Shown here piece after piece: positions 1 through 9,508 of a stretch of DNA of 64,000 nucleotides. Position numbers and translations under genes: made by a program. Position 1 is the first letter of the stretch; every line of letters begins with the position of its first letter. Under the pieces are notes generated by a model that saw nothing but the letters and a program-made list of their open reading frames with translations, made no database searches and was not told the origin of the DNA. This DNA is from Gammaproteobacteria bacterium (GTDB lineage: Bacteria > Pseudomonadota > Gammaproteobacteria > Natronospirales > REEB76), in contig DASSKW010000014.1 in assembly GCA_035690065.1 (NCBI GenBank), forward strand, positions 398-64,397, written 5' to 3'.

Positions 1-82
1 CGAACCGGTCAAGCAAGGTGAGAAATGGCTGGCACGTACCACCTTGCGTGAATCCCCGCTATTCTGAGACTTGATAAACCCT

Positions 83-1282
83 CTATTTCACACGCACTCG
101 CGCAAACTTGCGTTTGCCCACTTGCAGCACGTATTCGGCGCCGGCCCTTAGTCGAAGCCCTTTGTCGGATATCTTCTCGCCGTCCACGCGCACCCCGCCC
201 TGTTCGAGCATGCGATTGGCTTCGGTAGTGCTCGCAGTGAGCCGGCATTGCTTGAGTAATTGCGTGAGCGCGATGTCCTCACCGGTAATCGAGATTTCAT
301 GTTCCGGCATTTCTTCCGGTAACGCGCCCTGCTGGAAACGTGCGACGAAGCCGTCGCGGGCCCGCATGCCGTTGCCCGCACCATGAAAGCGATCCACGAT
401 CTCGATGCCGAGTTCGAATTTCACGTCACGTGGATTGGCGCCCTCGGTCACCGAGCGCCGTAGTCTTTCGACATCCGTCAACGGCCGGAAGCTCAGCAAT
501 TCGAAGTAGCGCCACATGAGATCGTCGGAGATCGACATCAGCTTGCCGAACATCTCATCTGCCGGCTCGGTGATGCCGATATAGTTGTCGAGCGATTTCG
601 ACATCTTCTGTACGCCGTCGAGACCTTCCAGCAACGGCATGGTCATCACGACCTGTGGTTTCTGTCCGTAGTGTTCCTGCAACTGGCGGCCCACCAGCAG
701 ATTGAATTTCTGATCGGTCCCGCCCAGTTCGACATCGGCCTTGAGCGCGACCGAGTCATAGCCCTGCACCAGTGGGTACAGGAATTCGTGGATCGCGATG
801 GGCTGACCCGAACTGTGGCGTTTGCTGAAATCGTCCCGCTCCAGCATCCGCGCCACGGTATGTTTGGCAGCGAGCTGGATCAGACCGGCCGCATCCATCT
901 TGCCGAACCAGCGCGAATTGAAATCGATCACGGTGCGGTCCGGATCGAGGATCTTGTAGATCTGTTCCTGATAAGTACGCGCGTTGTCTGCCACTTCTTC
1001 CCGGCTCAACGGTTTGCGGGTCACGTTCTTGCCAGTGGGATCGCCGATCATGCCGGTAAAGTCCCCTATCAGGAAGATGACCTCATGGCCGCGCTCCTGG
1101 AACTGCCGCATCTTGTTGATGAGTACCGTATGGCCGAGATGCAGGTCGGGCGCGGTCGGGTCGAAACCGGCCTTGACCCGCAACGGCTGGCCGCGCTTGA
1201 GCCGCTCCGCCAGCTCCGTCTCCAGCAGGACCTCGTCGGCGCCGCGACACAGTTCCTTGAGGGTTTCAGGCGGGTTCGGCAT
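83..1282 (-). CDS. tyrS: Tyrosine--tRNA ligase (class I, TyrZ-like with C-terminal S4 domain)
   Basis: 399-aa ORF with the HIGH-type motif 'HLGH' and 'KMSKS'. Divergent from the M23 peptidase/anmK/erpA block, as in Pseudomonas synteny. Confidence 0.95.
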   Translation of the reverse strand: MPNPPETLKELCRGADEVLLETELAERLKRGQPLRVKAGFDPTAPDLHLGHTVLINKMRQFQERGHEVIFLIGDFTGMIGDPTGKNVTRKPLSREEVADNARTYQEQIYKILDPDRTVIDFNSRWFGKMDAAGLIQLAAKHTVARMLERDDFSKRHSSGQPIAIHEFLYPLVQGYDSVALKADVELGGTDQKFNLLVGRQLQEHYGQKPQVVMTMPLLEGLDGVQKMSKSLDNYIGITEPADEMFGKLMSISDDLMWRYFELLSFRPLTDVERLRRSVTEGANPRDVKFELGIEIVDRFHGAGNGMRARDGFVARFQQGALPEEMPEHEISITGEDIALTQLLKQCRLTASTTEANRMLEQGGVRVDGEKISDKGLRLRAGAEYVLQVGKRKFARVRVK

Positions 1283-1422
1283 ACTTCGCGCTCCAGACGG
1301 GGCCAGGGTTTATCCGGCCTGATTCAATTATCACCGAATTCATGGACTTAGCTCGGGATTTGGGCATTGACCTTGAAGTCCCGACAGGCTAGTGTTACTG
1401 CGTTTTAATCGGGACCGGGACC

Positions 1423-2829
1423 GTGACAGCCCCCAACAGCCAGCTTCGAGTGGATTATAAGCCAAGCGGTGAAGCCGTCGTCCCGGAACGGCCGCGGAAG
1501 ACTGTCCGCAATCGCTATTGGCTGATGCTGCTGTTCGCCGTGATCGTCGGCGTCGGCTTCCAGCTCTTCAACCAGTCCGCCACTGCCAGCCATTCGACCT
1601 TGACCGTCGGAACCGTTAACCGTACCTCGAACCTGGCTCCTGATGCCGACACCCTCGCTGCCAGCGGTACGACACAGACTCCGGCCCCAATCGGCATCAG
1701 CGTACAGATGAAAGTGCGGCGTGGCGACAGCATGGCGAGATTGTTCGCCGCCAATGATCTGAGTGCTGCCGACCTCGACAGCATCATGCGTCTGGGTGAC
1801 GATACCGACCAGCTCAAGACCATCCTGCCAGGCCAACTGATCGACGTGACACACGATGCGCAGGGGCACGTATTGAGCCTGCACACGCAGATCGATACTG
1901 CCCATGTGCTCGACATCCGCGATGCAGCGCAGGGCTATGTCGCCCGGGTTTCCGAGATCCCGACCACGATCCATACCGCCTACGCTCATGGCGTGATCGA
2001 GAATTCATTGTTCGATGCCGCCAGTCGCGCCGGTCTCGATGACGGCGTGACCATGCAGCTCATCCATCTGTATGCCTGGGATATCGATTTCGCGCACGAT
2101 ATCCAGAGTGGCGATTCGTTCAGCGTGCTGTATCAGAAGATCCAGCGTCAGGGTCAGCCGATCGCCGATGGCGATATCCTGGCCGCAGAATTCACCACCG
2201 GTGGCAAGACTTTCAAGGTGATCCGTTACACCGATCCGGACGGCGATACCGGCTATTACACGCCGGATGGTCACAACGTACGCAAGGCCCTGATCCGTGC
2301 GCCGGTGGCTTTCAGCCGCATCAGTTCCGGCTTCAGTCTGCACCGTCTCAATCCCGTGCTCGGCTACACCCGTGCACACCAGGGTGTGGATTACGCCGCA
2401 CCAACCGGCACTCCCATAAAGGCCGCTGGTGATGGGCGCATCATCTTCCGTGGCCGCAAGGGCGGCTATGGCAATTGCATCATGATCCAGCATGGCGGCG
2501 GTTACAGCACGCTCTACGCACACATGTCCCGCTTCCGCCGCGGCTTGCATGTCGGCAGTCACGTCGAACAGGACCAGGTCATCGGTTATGTCGGAATGAC
2601 CGGGGTGGCGACCGGTCCGCATCTTCATTTCGAAGTTCGCGTGAACGGGGTGCCGCGCAATCCGCGCACCGTGAAGCTGCCGGATGCCGCACCGATCCTT
2701 GCCAAATATCTGCCCGATTTCGAACGTCAGAGTGGCATGCTGCTGGCACAACTCGACAACGTCAACGAGACCCGTCTCGCCAGTACAGCTTCCAGCAACA
2801 ACAATGGCAACACCGGCACTGCCCGCTGA
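1423..2829 (+). CDS. M23 family murein DD-endopeptidase (MepM/OapA-like)
   Basis: 468-aa ORF with a GTG start and an N-terminal TM segment. M23 metal-site motifs 'HQGVDYAAPTGTP' and 'GPHLHFEV' are present. Confidence 0.85.
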   Translation: MTAPNSQLRVDYKPSGEAVVPERPRKTVRNRYWLMLLFAVIVGVGFQLFNQSATASHSTLTVGTVNRTSNLAPDADTLAASGTTQTPAPIGISVQMKVRRGDSMARLFAANDLSAADLDSIMRLGDDTDQLKTILPGQLIDVTHDAQGHVLSLHTQIDTAHVLDIRDAAQGYVARVSEIPTTIHTAYAHGVIENSLFDAASRAGLDDGVTMQLIHLYAWDIDFAHDIQSGDSFSVLYQKIQRQGQPIADGDILAAEFTTGGKTFKVIRYTDPDGDTGYYTPDGHNVRKALIRAPVAFSRISSGFSLHRLNPVLGYTRAHQGVDYAAPTGTPIKAAGDGRIIFRGRKGGYGNCIMIQHGGGYSTLYAHMSRFRRGLHVGSHVEQDQVIGYVGMTGVATGPHLHFEVRVNGVPRNPRTVKLPDAAPILAKYLPDFERQSGMLLAQLDNVNETRLASTASSNNNGNTGTAR

Positions 2830-2852
2830 TCCCTGCCGGCAGATCTGACAGC

Positions 2853-3959
2853 GTGAATCAATTCTTCATCGGCCTCATGTCCGGCACCAGCGCCGATGGC
2901 ATCGATGCTGCGCTGGTTGAATTCACTCCAGCTCCTGAATTACGCGCCAGCCATTTCCTGGCCTACGATCCGGTACTGCGCACGCGCATCCTGCAACTCG
3001 CTGCTGGCGATGCCGCCGGCGATGCCATCGATATTGCAGGCGGACTCGATACCGAATTGGGAGAATGGTTTGCACGCGCTGCCAACGCATTATTGGAGAA
3101 AGAGAAGATACCGGCTCAGCAGTTACGCGCCATCGGCAGCCACGGCCAGACCATCCGCCACCGGCCAAACAATCCGCATCCATTCAGTTGGCAGATCGCC
3201 GATCCCAACGTGATCGCTGCTCGCACCGGCGTCACCGTGGTCGCCGATTTCCGACGTCGCGATCTCGCACTCGGCGGCCAGGGCGCGCCATTGGTGCCGG
3301 CGTTCCATCGCGCCGTATTCAGTGACCCGAATGAATCGCGTGCCGTGGTAAATATCGGCGGCATCGCCAATGTCACACTGCTGCCGATGGACCAGAGTCC
3401 CGTCACCGGATTCGATACCGGCCCCGGTAATGTGCTACTGGATATCTGGAGTAGCCGACAACTGAAGCAATCGCACGATGCCGATGGTGCCTTCGCCGCG
3501 ACCGGACACGTGGATACCGACTTGTTGCATGCCTTGCTTGCAGATGCATATTTCACGGCGCCGCCGCCCAAGAGTACCGGCCGCGAACACTTCAATGCAG
3601 CCTGGCTGGATCGGCATCTGCAGCACACCAGGGTCTCCGCGCAGGATGTGATGGCGACGCTGGTGGAATTGTCGGCACAATCCATCCTCGATGCGATCCT
3701 GCATCACGCAGTACATACTGCCCGCGTGCTGGTCTGCGGCGGCGGAACCCACAACCGTTATCTGATGCAGCGGCTGGAATCATTGTTTGGAGAATCGCGG
3801 GTGGCATCCACCGAGCAATACGGCATCCACCCGGACTGGGTCGAAGCGATGGCGTTCGCGTGGCTTGCGCATGAGACGCTGGAAAATCGCCCCGGCAACC
3901 TGCCGGATGTGACCGGCGCTTCACGAGCGACCGTGCTGGGCGCTATTTACCCGGTCTAG
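2853..3959 (+). CDS. anmK: Anhydro-N-acetylmuramic acid kinase
   Basis: The N-terminus 'VNQFFIGLMSGTSADGIDAAL' is typical of AnmK. An in-frame GTG at 2853 lies just after the upstream stop; the longer ORF from 2475 overlaps the M23 gene. Confidence 0.9.
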   Translation: MNQFFIGLMSGTSADGIDAALVEFTPAPELRASHFLAYDPVLRTRILQLAAGDAAGDAIDIAGGLDTELGEWFARAANALLEKEKIPAQQLRAIGSHGQTIRHRPNNPHPFSWQIADPNVIAARTGVTVVADFRRRDLALGGQGAPLVPAFHRAVFSDPNESRAVVNIGGIANVTLLPMDQSPVTGFDTGPGNVLLDIWSSRQLKQSHDADGAFAATGHVDTDLLHALLADAYFTAPPPKSTGREHFNAAWLDRHLQHTRVSAQDVMATLVELSAQSILDAILHHAVHTARVLVCGGGTHNRYLMQRLESLFGESRVASTEQYGIHPDWVEAMAFAWLAHETLENRPGNLPDVTGASRATVLGAIYPV

Positions 3960-4021
3960 AAACAGCGAAGGCACCGACCGGTGCCTTCACGAAAGAACTC
4001 TATAACAATTCAATAACAGCA

Positions 4022-4145
4022 AAAAATGAGAGATTTTGGTTTCTGGGTAGGCAGAAATGACCGAGAAACCGGAGTGTACACGCTAGTACATGAAGCTTTC
4101 GAGGTCATTTCTAACACCCCCAGAAAGCAAAAGATCCATTTTTAG
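4022..4145. repeat. Copy A of a ~124-bp long-inverted-repeat (MITE/REP-like, terminator-like) element
   Basis: Arms 'aaaaatgagagattttggtttctgggtaggcagaaatgacc' and 'ggtcatttctaacacccccagaaagcaaaagatccattttt' are imperfect reverse complements around a ~40-nt centre. A near-identical copy lies at 48649..48772. Confidence 0.8.
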
Positions 4146-4510
4146 GCCGAGAACGAGGAGCCGCAGCCGCAAGTAGTCGCGGCATTCGGATTGCGGATCA
4201 CGAACTGCGCGCCTTCCAGTCCTTCCGTGTAATCGATCTCGGCACCGGCCAGATACTGGAAACTCATCGGATCCACCAGCAGGGTGACGCCTTCGTTCTC
4301 CACGCAGGTGTCGCCATCGTCGGTATTTTCGTCGAAGGTGAAACCGTACTGGAATCCGGAGCAGCCGCCGCCACTGACGAACACGCGCAATTTCAGCGCC
4401 GGGTTCGCTTCTTCCTCGATCAGCTGTTTCACCTTGCGCGCAGCGGCATTGGTGAAGATCAGTGAAGTCGGGGTCTGTGGTTGTGCGTCCATCTGCATCC
4501 AGTCAGTCAA
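4142..4510 (-). CDS. erpA: Iron-sulfur cluster insertion protein ErpA (HesB/IscA family)
   Basis: '[14 protein letters not shown]' and a C-terminal 'CGCGSSF'; collinear with E. coli ErpA. The start could be M1, M5 or M7. Confidence 0.9.
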   Translation of the reverse strand: MTDWMQMDAQPQTPTSLIFTNAAARKVKQLIEEEANPALKLRVFVSGGGCSGFQYGFTFDENTDDGDTCVENEGVTLLVDPMSFQYLAGAEIDYTEGLEGAQFVIRNPNAATTCGCGSSFSA

Positions 4511-4525
4511 GTGTCCAGTAACCGA

Positions 4526-4957
4526 TTATAACCCAGTCTTGGCAGGCTTATCCGATGCCGCTTCCAGCCCCGATTGATGGGTCAGTTTCGGCACCTGGCC
4601 GGCCGGTTTGTGCATCATCTTGCCATTCACCGCCGCGCCGACCGCCATCTCGATGAGACTGTAATACACATCGCCGGTGATACGCGCTTCGGCACCCAGA
4701 TCGAGACGTTTTTCGGCATGCACGTCGCCTTCGACAGCGCCGTTCACGATCACGTTCGGTACCCGTACTTCGCCTTTGATCATGCCGTGCTGGCTGACGC
4801 TCAACACTGAATCGGAGCCGGCTTCCGCACTCACGTTGCCTTGCACCGTGCCATCCACATGCAAGCCACCGCTGAAACGCAAATCACCGGTGATGGTCGT
4901 GTTGCGCCCCACCAGGGTATCGATGCGTCCTGCAGGAGTTTTCTTGCCGCCCAACAT
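4526..4957 (-). CDS. Bactofilin (polymer-forming cytoskeletal protein, CcmA family)
   Basis: 143 aa with a repetitive beta-helix pattern ('ITGDLRFSGGLHVDGTVQGNV...VNGAVEGDVHA...ITGDVYY'). GGAGG SD lies 9 nt after the upstream stop. Confidence 0.8.
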   Translation of the reverse strand: MLGGKKTPAGRIDTLVGRNTTITGDLRFSGGLHVDGTVQGNVSAEAGSDSVLSVSQHGMIKGEVRVPNVIVNGAVEGDVHAEKRLDLGAEARITGDVYYSLIEMAVGAAVNGKMMHKPAGQVPKLTHQSGLEAASDKPAKTGL

Positions 4958-4966
4958 ATTGACCTC

Positions 4967-5662
4967 CTAAGCCGTCACGTTTTGCCAATCGAAATTCTGT
5001 CGTACCGGATCTTTACCACTCTCGTTGATCACCATCTCGACCCGCCCGGGCTGAAACCCCTGTGGCAATATCACATCGCCTTCCAGGTTCTGGAAATACT
5101 GGAACGCGAAATGCAAGGCCGGGGTGCCCTTGGTCACGATATCGCTGAGGTTCAGAATCACCGGTTTACCGTCTTGTGAGCCATACAACTTCATGTCCAC
5201 GCTGCCGGAAATCCGGAACTCCTTGGTCCGTACCTGCACCAATACCAGCCGGTAATGATAAAGCCGCGGCGCGCCGCCACTGCTGAACTTGAGGCTCTGG
5301 GCATGGATGCCCTCTTCGCCGGCACCCGGTGAGACGATGCCTTTGTAGAATGCCAGTTCTTCCTGCAATCCGGTCAGCTTGTCCTGCATAGCCTCGACGC
5401 TTTTCTGGACTTGCTGCCGGGACGCCAGGTCCACTTCGCGCTCGCGCTGCAGCGCGGTGATCTGTTCCTGCAATTGACGGTTAGTATCCTGAGTCTGCGT
5501 CAAATTGTCTTGTACAGCTGCTGCTGCTGCGCGGTCATAACCTGCACGCTGTTCGCCATATGCGAACGCCGCCCACAACGCGACGATCACCGCGATGGTA
5601 AGCAGGATACGGAGCGTCCATGTCTGCCGGGGACTGTGATGTTTGACGATGAGTTTCGTCAT
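4967..5662 (-). CDS. Membrane-anchored coiled-coil protein of unknown function, translationally linked to the bactofilin
   Basis: 231 aa with one N-terminal TM helix ('LRILLTIAVIVALWAAFAY'), then a heptad-like Q/E/L-rich segment and a beta-rich C-terminal domain. Confidence 0.6.
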   Translation of the reverse strand: MTKLIVKHHSPRQTWTLRILLTIAVIVALWAAFAYGEQRAGYDRAAAAAVQDNLTQTQDTNRQLQEQITALQREREVDLASRQQVQKSVEAMQDKLTGLQEELAFYKGIVSPGAGEEGIHAQSLKFSSGGAPRLYHYRLVLVQVRTKEFRISGSVDMKLYGSQDGKPVILNLSDIVTKGTPALHFAFQYFQNLEGDVILPQGFQPGRVEMVINESGKDPVRQNFDWQNVTA

Positions 5663-5822
5663 TTAAAAAAATGCTGTCCGGGGATATTCATATGCCAGAA
5701 GCGGTTCATGTTACCTGCTGACGCAGCCCGCGGCTAGAGCGTGCCGGGATAGAGCGGGAGCCAATGCTAGAATCCCGCGTGACATATCCTGACCTTACGC
5801 ATACCGGCATTGGAGACGCGCC

Positions 5823-6236
5823 ATGCTTTGGGTAAAAGCCTTCCATATAATTTTCATGGTGACCTGGTTCGCGGGCCTGTTCTATCTGCCGCGCTTGTTC
5901 GTCTACCACGTCGATGCGCTCGACCCGGCCAGTATGCGCCGCTTCGAGACCATGGAACGGCGCCTGTTCTTCATGATGTCGATCGGCGCCATCGGCACGG
6001 TCTGTTTCGGCCTGTGGCTGACGTTGGGTTGGTTCCTGCCAATCCCTGGCTGGTTGGATATAAAGCTCGGTCTGGTGGTGCTTCTCCTCCTCTATCACAT
6101 CCATTGCTACACGCTGATGCGCAACTTCCGGCTGGGTCGGAACCGGCACGGTGCCCGGTTCTACCGCTGGTTCAACGAGTTCCCGAGCCTGTTGCTGATC
6201 GCCATCGTGTTACTGGTCGTCCTCAAGCCGGCATGA
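5823..6236 (+). CDS. hemJ: Protoporphyrinogen IX oxidase HemJ (UPF0093/TIGR00701-type)
   Basis: 137 aa with 4 TM segments. The N-terminus 'MLWVKAFHIIFMVTWFAGLFYLPRLFVYH' is characteristic of HemJ. Confidence 0.8.
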   Translation: MLWVKAFHIIFMVTWFAGLFYLPRLFVYHVDALDPASMRRFETMERRLFFMMSIGAIGTVCFGLWLTLGWFLPIPGWLDIKLGLVVLLLLYHIHCYTLMRNFRLGRNRHGARFYRWFNEFPSLLLIAIVLLVVLKPA

Positions 6237-6282
6237 CCCCAGCCTCGGGGCAGGGGAGCCCTTGCCCTGCCTGGCTAAAATC

Positions 6283-6305
6283 TAAATGAGAATCATTGTT
6301 AATTA
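6283..6305. promoter_or_regulatory. Putative Fur box upstream of the cupredoxin/FTR1 operon
   Basis: 'ctaaatgagaatcattgtt' (6282..6300) matches the GATAATGATAATCATTATC consensus at 13/19 positions by hand alignment. It is followed by further AT-hexamer-like repeats and lies ~70 nt upstream of the cupredoxin start. Confidence 0.4.
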
Positions 6306-6370
6306 GAATTGCCATTGCTATACTTGCCCCACCCGAGACCGATTCATCTATCTGAATGCCCGAGGATGCC

Positions 6371-6718
6371 ATGCTGAACCGTGTTGCCCGACTGCTCCTG
6401 CTCGCCAGCCTGCTGCTGGTCGGGCCGGTCTTTGCCGCCGATGCGCCGTTTCAGCTCACGATCCAGAACCAGGCGTTCACGCCCAGCACGCTCACCATCC
6501 CGGCCGGGGTCAAGATAGAACTGGTGGTGATTAACCAGGATGCCTTGCCGGCGGAATTTGAAAGCTTCGACCTGTCGCGCGAGGTGGTGGTGCCCGGCCA
6601 CAGCCAGACGAAAGTCTTTATCGGCCCGCTCAAACCCGGCAAATACCAGTTCTTCAATGATTTCCATCAGCAATCCGTGGGCTGGATCATCGTGCCGGCC
6701 GCCGCATCAGCTGGCTGA
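6371..6718 (+). CDS. Periplasmic cupredoxin-like protein (FtrB-like, no Cys)
   Basis: Signal peptide 'MLNRVARLLLLASLLLVGPVFA/AD'. The beta-rich cupredoxin-like pattern 'TIPAGVKIELVVINQD...PGKYQFFNDFH' is present. The start at 6371 has a GAGGA SD; the ORF track starts at 6356. Confidence 0.7.
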   Translation: MLNRVARLLLLASLLLVGPVFAADAPFQLTIQNQAFTPSTLTIPAGVKIELVVINQDALPAEFESFDLSREVVVPGHSQTKVFIGPLKPGKYQFFNDFHQQSVGWIIVPAAASAG

Positions 6719-6734
6719 TCGGGAACCACGCACC

Positions 6735-7601
6735 ATGCTCGCTACTGCAGTCATCGTATTCCGTGAAGTCCTGGAAGCCGCGCTTATCATCGCGGTGGTA
6801 TTGGGCGCGAGCCGCGGCATCGCACGTCGTGGCTGGTGGGTAGCAGGCGGCATCGGCCTCGGTGCGCTGGGGGCATGCATGGTGGCCCTGTTCGCGACCG
6901 GCATCGCCGAAGCCTTCTCCGGCACCGGCCAGGCGTTGTTGAATGCGGTGATCCTGCTGATCGCTGTGGTCATGCTGGCCTGGCACAACATCTGGATGAG
7001 CGGTCACGGTCGCAAGATGACCAGTGATATCAAGGAAGTCGGTGCCGCTGTGCAAACCGGTAACAAGACGCTCGCCGCACTCCTGATCATCACCTTCACT
7101 GCCGTGATGCGCGAAGGTTCGGAAGTCGTCTTGTTCGTATGGGCGATCGCTGCCAGTGGCGGGCAAGCCACCAGCATGCTCATCGGCGGTGCCGCCGGGC
7201 TGGTGGCCGGCACCTTGGTAGGCGCGTTGCTCTATCGCAGCCTGCTGTTTATCCCCATCCGTCACTTCTTCTCGGTCACCGGTTGGTTGATCCTGTTACT
7301 GACGGCCGGACTTGCAGCCCAGGCAGCGGGATTCCTGAATCAGGCCGGATTGCTGCCAGCGCTCGGCAACAGCCTATGGAACACCTCCGGTATCCTCAGC
7401 CAGAACAGTATGCTGGGACGCTTGTTGCATATCCTGGTGGGTTATATCGCACGCCCGTCCGGTATCGAACTGATCTTCTACGTGGTCACGCTGGTCACCA
7501 TCTTCATACTGATGCGCATCGTCGGAAAGCGTGTACATCGCTCACTTAAGCCGCAAGCAAAACACGGTGCGCATACTGAAACCAGCCTGACCAGTCCCTG
7601 A
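6735..7601 (+). CDS. FTR1-family high-affinity iron permease
   Basis: 288 aa, polytopic, with two REXXE motifs ('REVLE' and 'REGSE'). ATG at 6735; the longer ORF from 6540 overlaps the cupredoxin gene. Confidence 0.85.
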   Translation: MLATAVIVFREVLEAALIIAVVLGASRGIARRGWWVAGGIGLGALGACMVALFATGIAEAFSGTGQALLNAVILLIAVVMLAWHNIWMSGHGRKMTSDIKEVGAAVQTGNKTLAALLIITFTAVMREGSEVVLFVWAIAASGGQATSMLIGGAAGLVAGTLVGALLYRSLLFIPIRHFFSVTGWLILLLTAGLAAQAAGFLNQAGLLPALGNSLWNTSGILSQNSMLGRLLHILVGYIARPSGIELIFYVVTLVTIFILMRIVGKRVHRSLKPQAKHGAHTETSLTSP

Positions 7602-7726
7602 GACTCCTGTGCCTGCTCGCGATACCCGCACCGGGTGTCGCGAGAAAACCCGTGCTCCTTGCCTGCCCTGCCGCAGTTCACAAACTCCGGTAAAGTATCA
7701 ATCTGGTCAGAGCCGGGAGGTACCTC

Positions 7727-8230
7727 GTGCCGTCAGATTCTTCATTGCATATCCGCGCGGCCCACAAAGGCGATGCCGGAATCATCCTTGGATTGATCAA
7801 GGAACTGGCTGCCTACGAAAAACTCGCACATGAAGTCGTGGCTACCGAACAGGACATCGATACACAGCTGTTCGGTGCACATCCACATGCCGAAGCCTTG
7901 ATTGCCGAATCCGCCGGAACAGCGGTCGGCTTCGCCCTGTTCTTCCATAACTTCTCAACCTTCCTCGGCCGCCCCGGACTGTATCTTGAAGACCTGTACG
8001 TGAAACCGGAATTCCGCGGCAAGGGTTACGGTAAAAAACTGTTGGCGCATCTGGCACAGCTCGCCGTGCAACGCGATTGCGGCCGCTTCGAATGGGCAGT
8101 ACTCGACTGGAATACGCCGGCGATCCGTTTCTATGAAAGCCTGGGCGCGAAGATCGTCGATGAATGGAAGATCAATCGCATGACGGGGGACGCATTGCGC
8201 GAGTTGGCGCAAACCAAAGAGACTCAATAG
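7727..8230 (+). CDS. GNAT family N-acetyltransferase
   Basis: 167 aa with a GTG start preceded by GGGAGG. The acetyl-CoA binding segment '[10 protein letters not shown]' is typical of GNAT motif A. Confidence 0.8.
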   Translation: MPSDSSLHIRAAHKGDAGIILGLIKELAAYEKLAHEVVATEQDIDTQLFGAHPHAEALIAESAGTAVGFALFFHNFSTFLGRPGLYLEDLYVKPEFRGKGYGKKLLAHLAQLAVQRDCGRFEWAVLDWNTPAIRFYESLGAKIVDEWKINRMTGDALRELAQTKETQ

Positions 8231-8748
8231 TCCGGCGAACCCTCCGGAAACAGCAACGGTGCCAGTTCCGTCAAGGCTTGCTGATAGACCTCGCGCTTGA
8301 AGAAGATCACTTCCTTGAGCGGGCGCCAGTATTCGACCCAACGCCAGTCATCGAACTCCGGGGTGTCGCCGGCATCCAGCCGCACTGCTGCTTCATCGCC
8401 CACCAGACGCAACATGAACCAGATCTGCTTCTGGCCGATACACAGCGGCACCGCGTCGGGGCGCTGATAGCGCTCAGGTAACTGGTAGCGCAACCAATCC
8501 TCGGTGCTGCCCATGATCTGCACGTGTTCAGCACCGAGGCCGACTTCCTCGTACAACTCCCGGAATAACGCCTGTTGCGGGCTCTCGCCAGCCTGGATTC
8601 CGCCCTGTGGGAATTGCCAGCCGGCGCGTCCTGCCCGCCGTGCCCAGAACAGCCGGCCCGCGGCGTCACACAGGATGATGCCGACATTGGCACGATAGCC
8701 CTGTGAATCAATCACGTTGTCGCCGGATCCGGTTTGATGCACGCTCAT
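8224..8748 (-). CDS. rppH: RNA pyrophosphohydrolase (Nudix)
   Basis: Nudix box '[23 protein letters not shown]' and an N-terminus 'GYRANVGII' like E. coli RppH. Confidence 0.9.
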   Translation of the reverse strand: MSVHQTGSGDNVIDSQGYRANVGIILCDAAGRLFWARRAGRAGWQFPQGGIQAGESPQQALFRELYEEVGLGAEHVQIMGSTEDWLRYQLPERYQRPDAVPLCIGQKQIWFMLRLVGDEAAVRLDAGDTPEFDDWRWVEYWRPLKEVIFFKREVYQQALTELAPLLFPEGSPDY

Positions 8749-8840
8749 TGAGGTCAGTTTTCCACAAAGTCACGCGCACTGGCAATCATGCCGGCTTTTC
8801 ATTAACCTGCCTGCCCGCCCATGCTTGTGGATATTCCCCA

Positions 8841-9506
8841 TTGCGACTCGCACTTTTCGACCTCGATCACACCCTGCTGGACGGCGACAGTGACAGCCTC
8901 TGGTTCCGGTTTCTGTCCGAGCACGGCGCCGTGGATGCAGACGAACTGGCCGAAGAACGCGCGCGTCATTCGAGCGACTACCGCGCAGGCCGGATGGATG
9001 TGGCAGCTTTCTATCGTCTGGTACTGAAGCCGCTGGCGGTTCATGCAACGGAACAGTTACAGGACTGGCGCGAGCACTTCGTGCGCGAACGCATCCTGCC
9101 GCGTATCGCCACTGTAACCCGCAGCTTGCTGCAACAGCACCGCGATGCCGGTCACACCTTGCTGATCGTCACTGCCACCAACCGTTTCATCACCGAGCCG
9201 ATCGCGCGGGAACTCGGGGTCCCGCATCTGCTCGCTACCGAACTGGAACATGATGGCAACCGCTTCACCGGTCGCGTGTCCGGCGTGCCCTGTTTTCGTG
9301 AAGGCAAGCTTAGCCATCTCCATGAATGGTTGTACCAGGAGAATGTCACGCCCACGGAGACCTGGTTCTATTCCGATTCGCAAAATGACTTGCCGTTACT
9401 CGAGTACGTCGATCATCCGGTCGCGGTCAATCCGGATGCGGTGCTGACGGAGCTCGCATCGCAACGCGGCTGGCCGGTCATGCAACTGCGCTGTGCACAC
9501 GACTGA
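8841..9506 (+). CDS. HAD-IB family hydrolase (SerB-like phosphatase)
   Basis: Motif I 'LFDLDHTLL' and motif 'IVTATN'. The start is uncertain: in-frame TTG at 8841 was chosen because the ATG at 8703 would overlap the divergent rppH 5' end. Confidence 0.7.
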   Translation: MRLALFDLDHTLLDGDSDSLWFRFLSEHGAVDADELAEERARHSSDYRAGRMDVAAFYRLVLKPLAVHATEQLQDWREHFVRERILPRIATVTRSLLQQHRDAGHTLLIVTATNRFITEPIARELGVPHLLATELEHDGNRFTGRVSGVPCFREGKLSHLHEWLYQENVTPTETWFYSDSQNDLPLLEYVDHPVAVNPDAVLTELASQRGWPVMQLRCAHD

Positions 9507-9508
9507 AC

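Noticed and set aside
671-1351. 226-aa plus-strand ORF antisense to tyrS. The same class includes 2005..2751(-), 10795..11589(-), 13264..13947(-), 14245..15000(-), 35011..35646(+), 55766..56710(-), 57564..58391(+) and 59025..59774(+).
   Set aside because: All of them lie antisense to genes with unambiguous family motifs. Their translations are Arg/Ala/Gly/His-rich low-information sequences, which is typical of stop-poor antisense frames in GC-rich DNA. None has an SD-linked start or any recognisable motif.
8703-8840. Longer start for the HAD hydrolase (ATG at 8703).
   Set aside because: It would overlap the 5' end of divergent rppH by 46 nt and add a non-conserved, Arg/Cys-rich leader before the DxDxT motif. 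A TTG at 8841 is more plausible but unproven.
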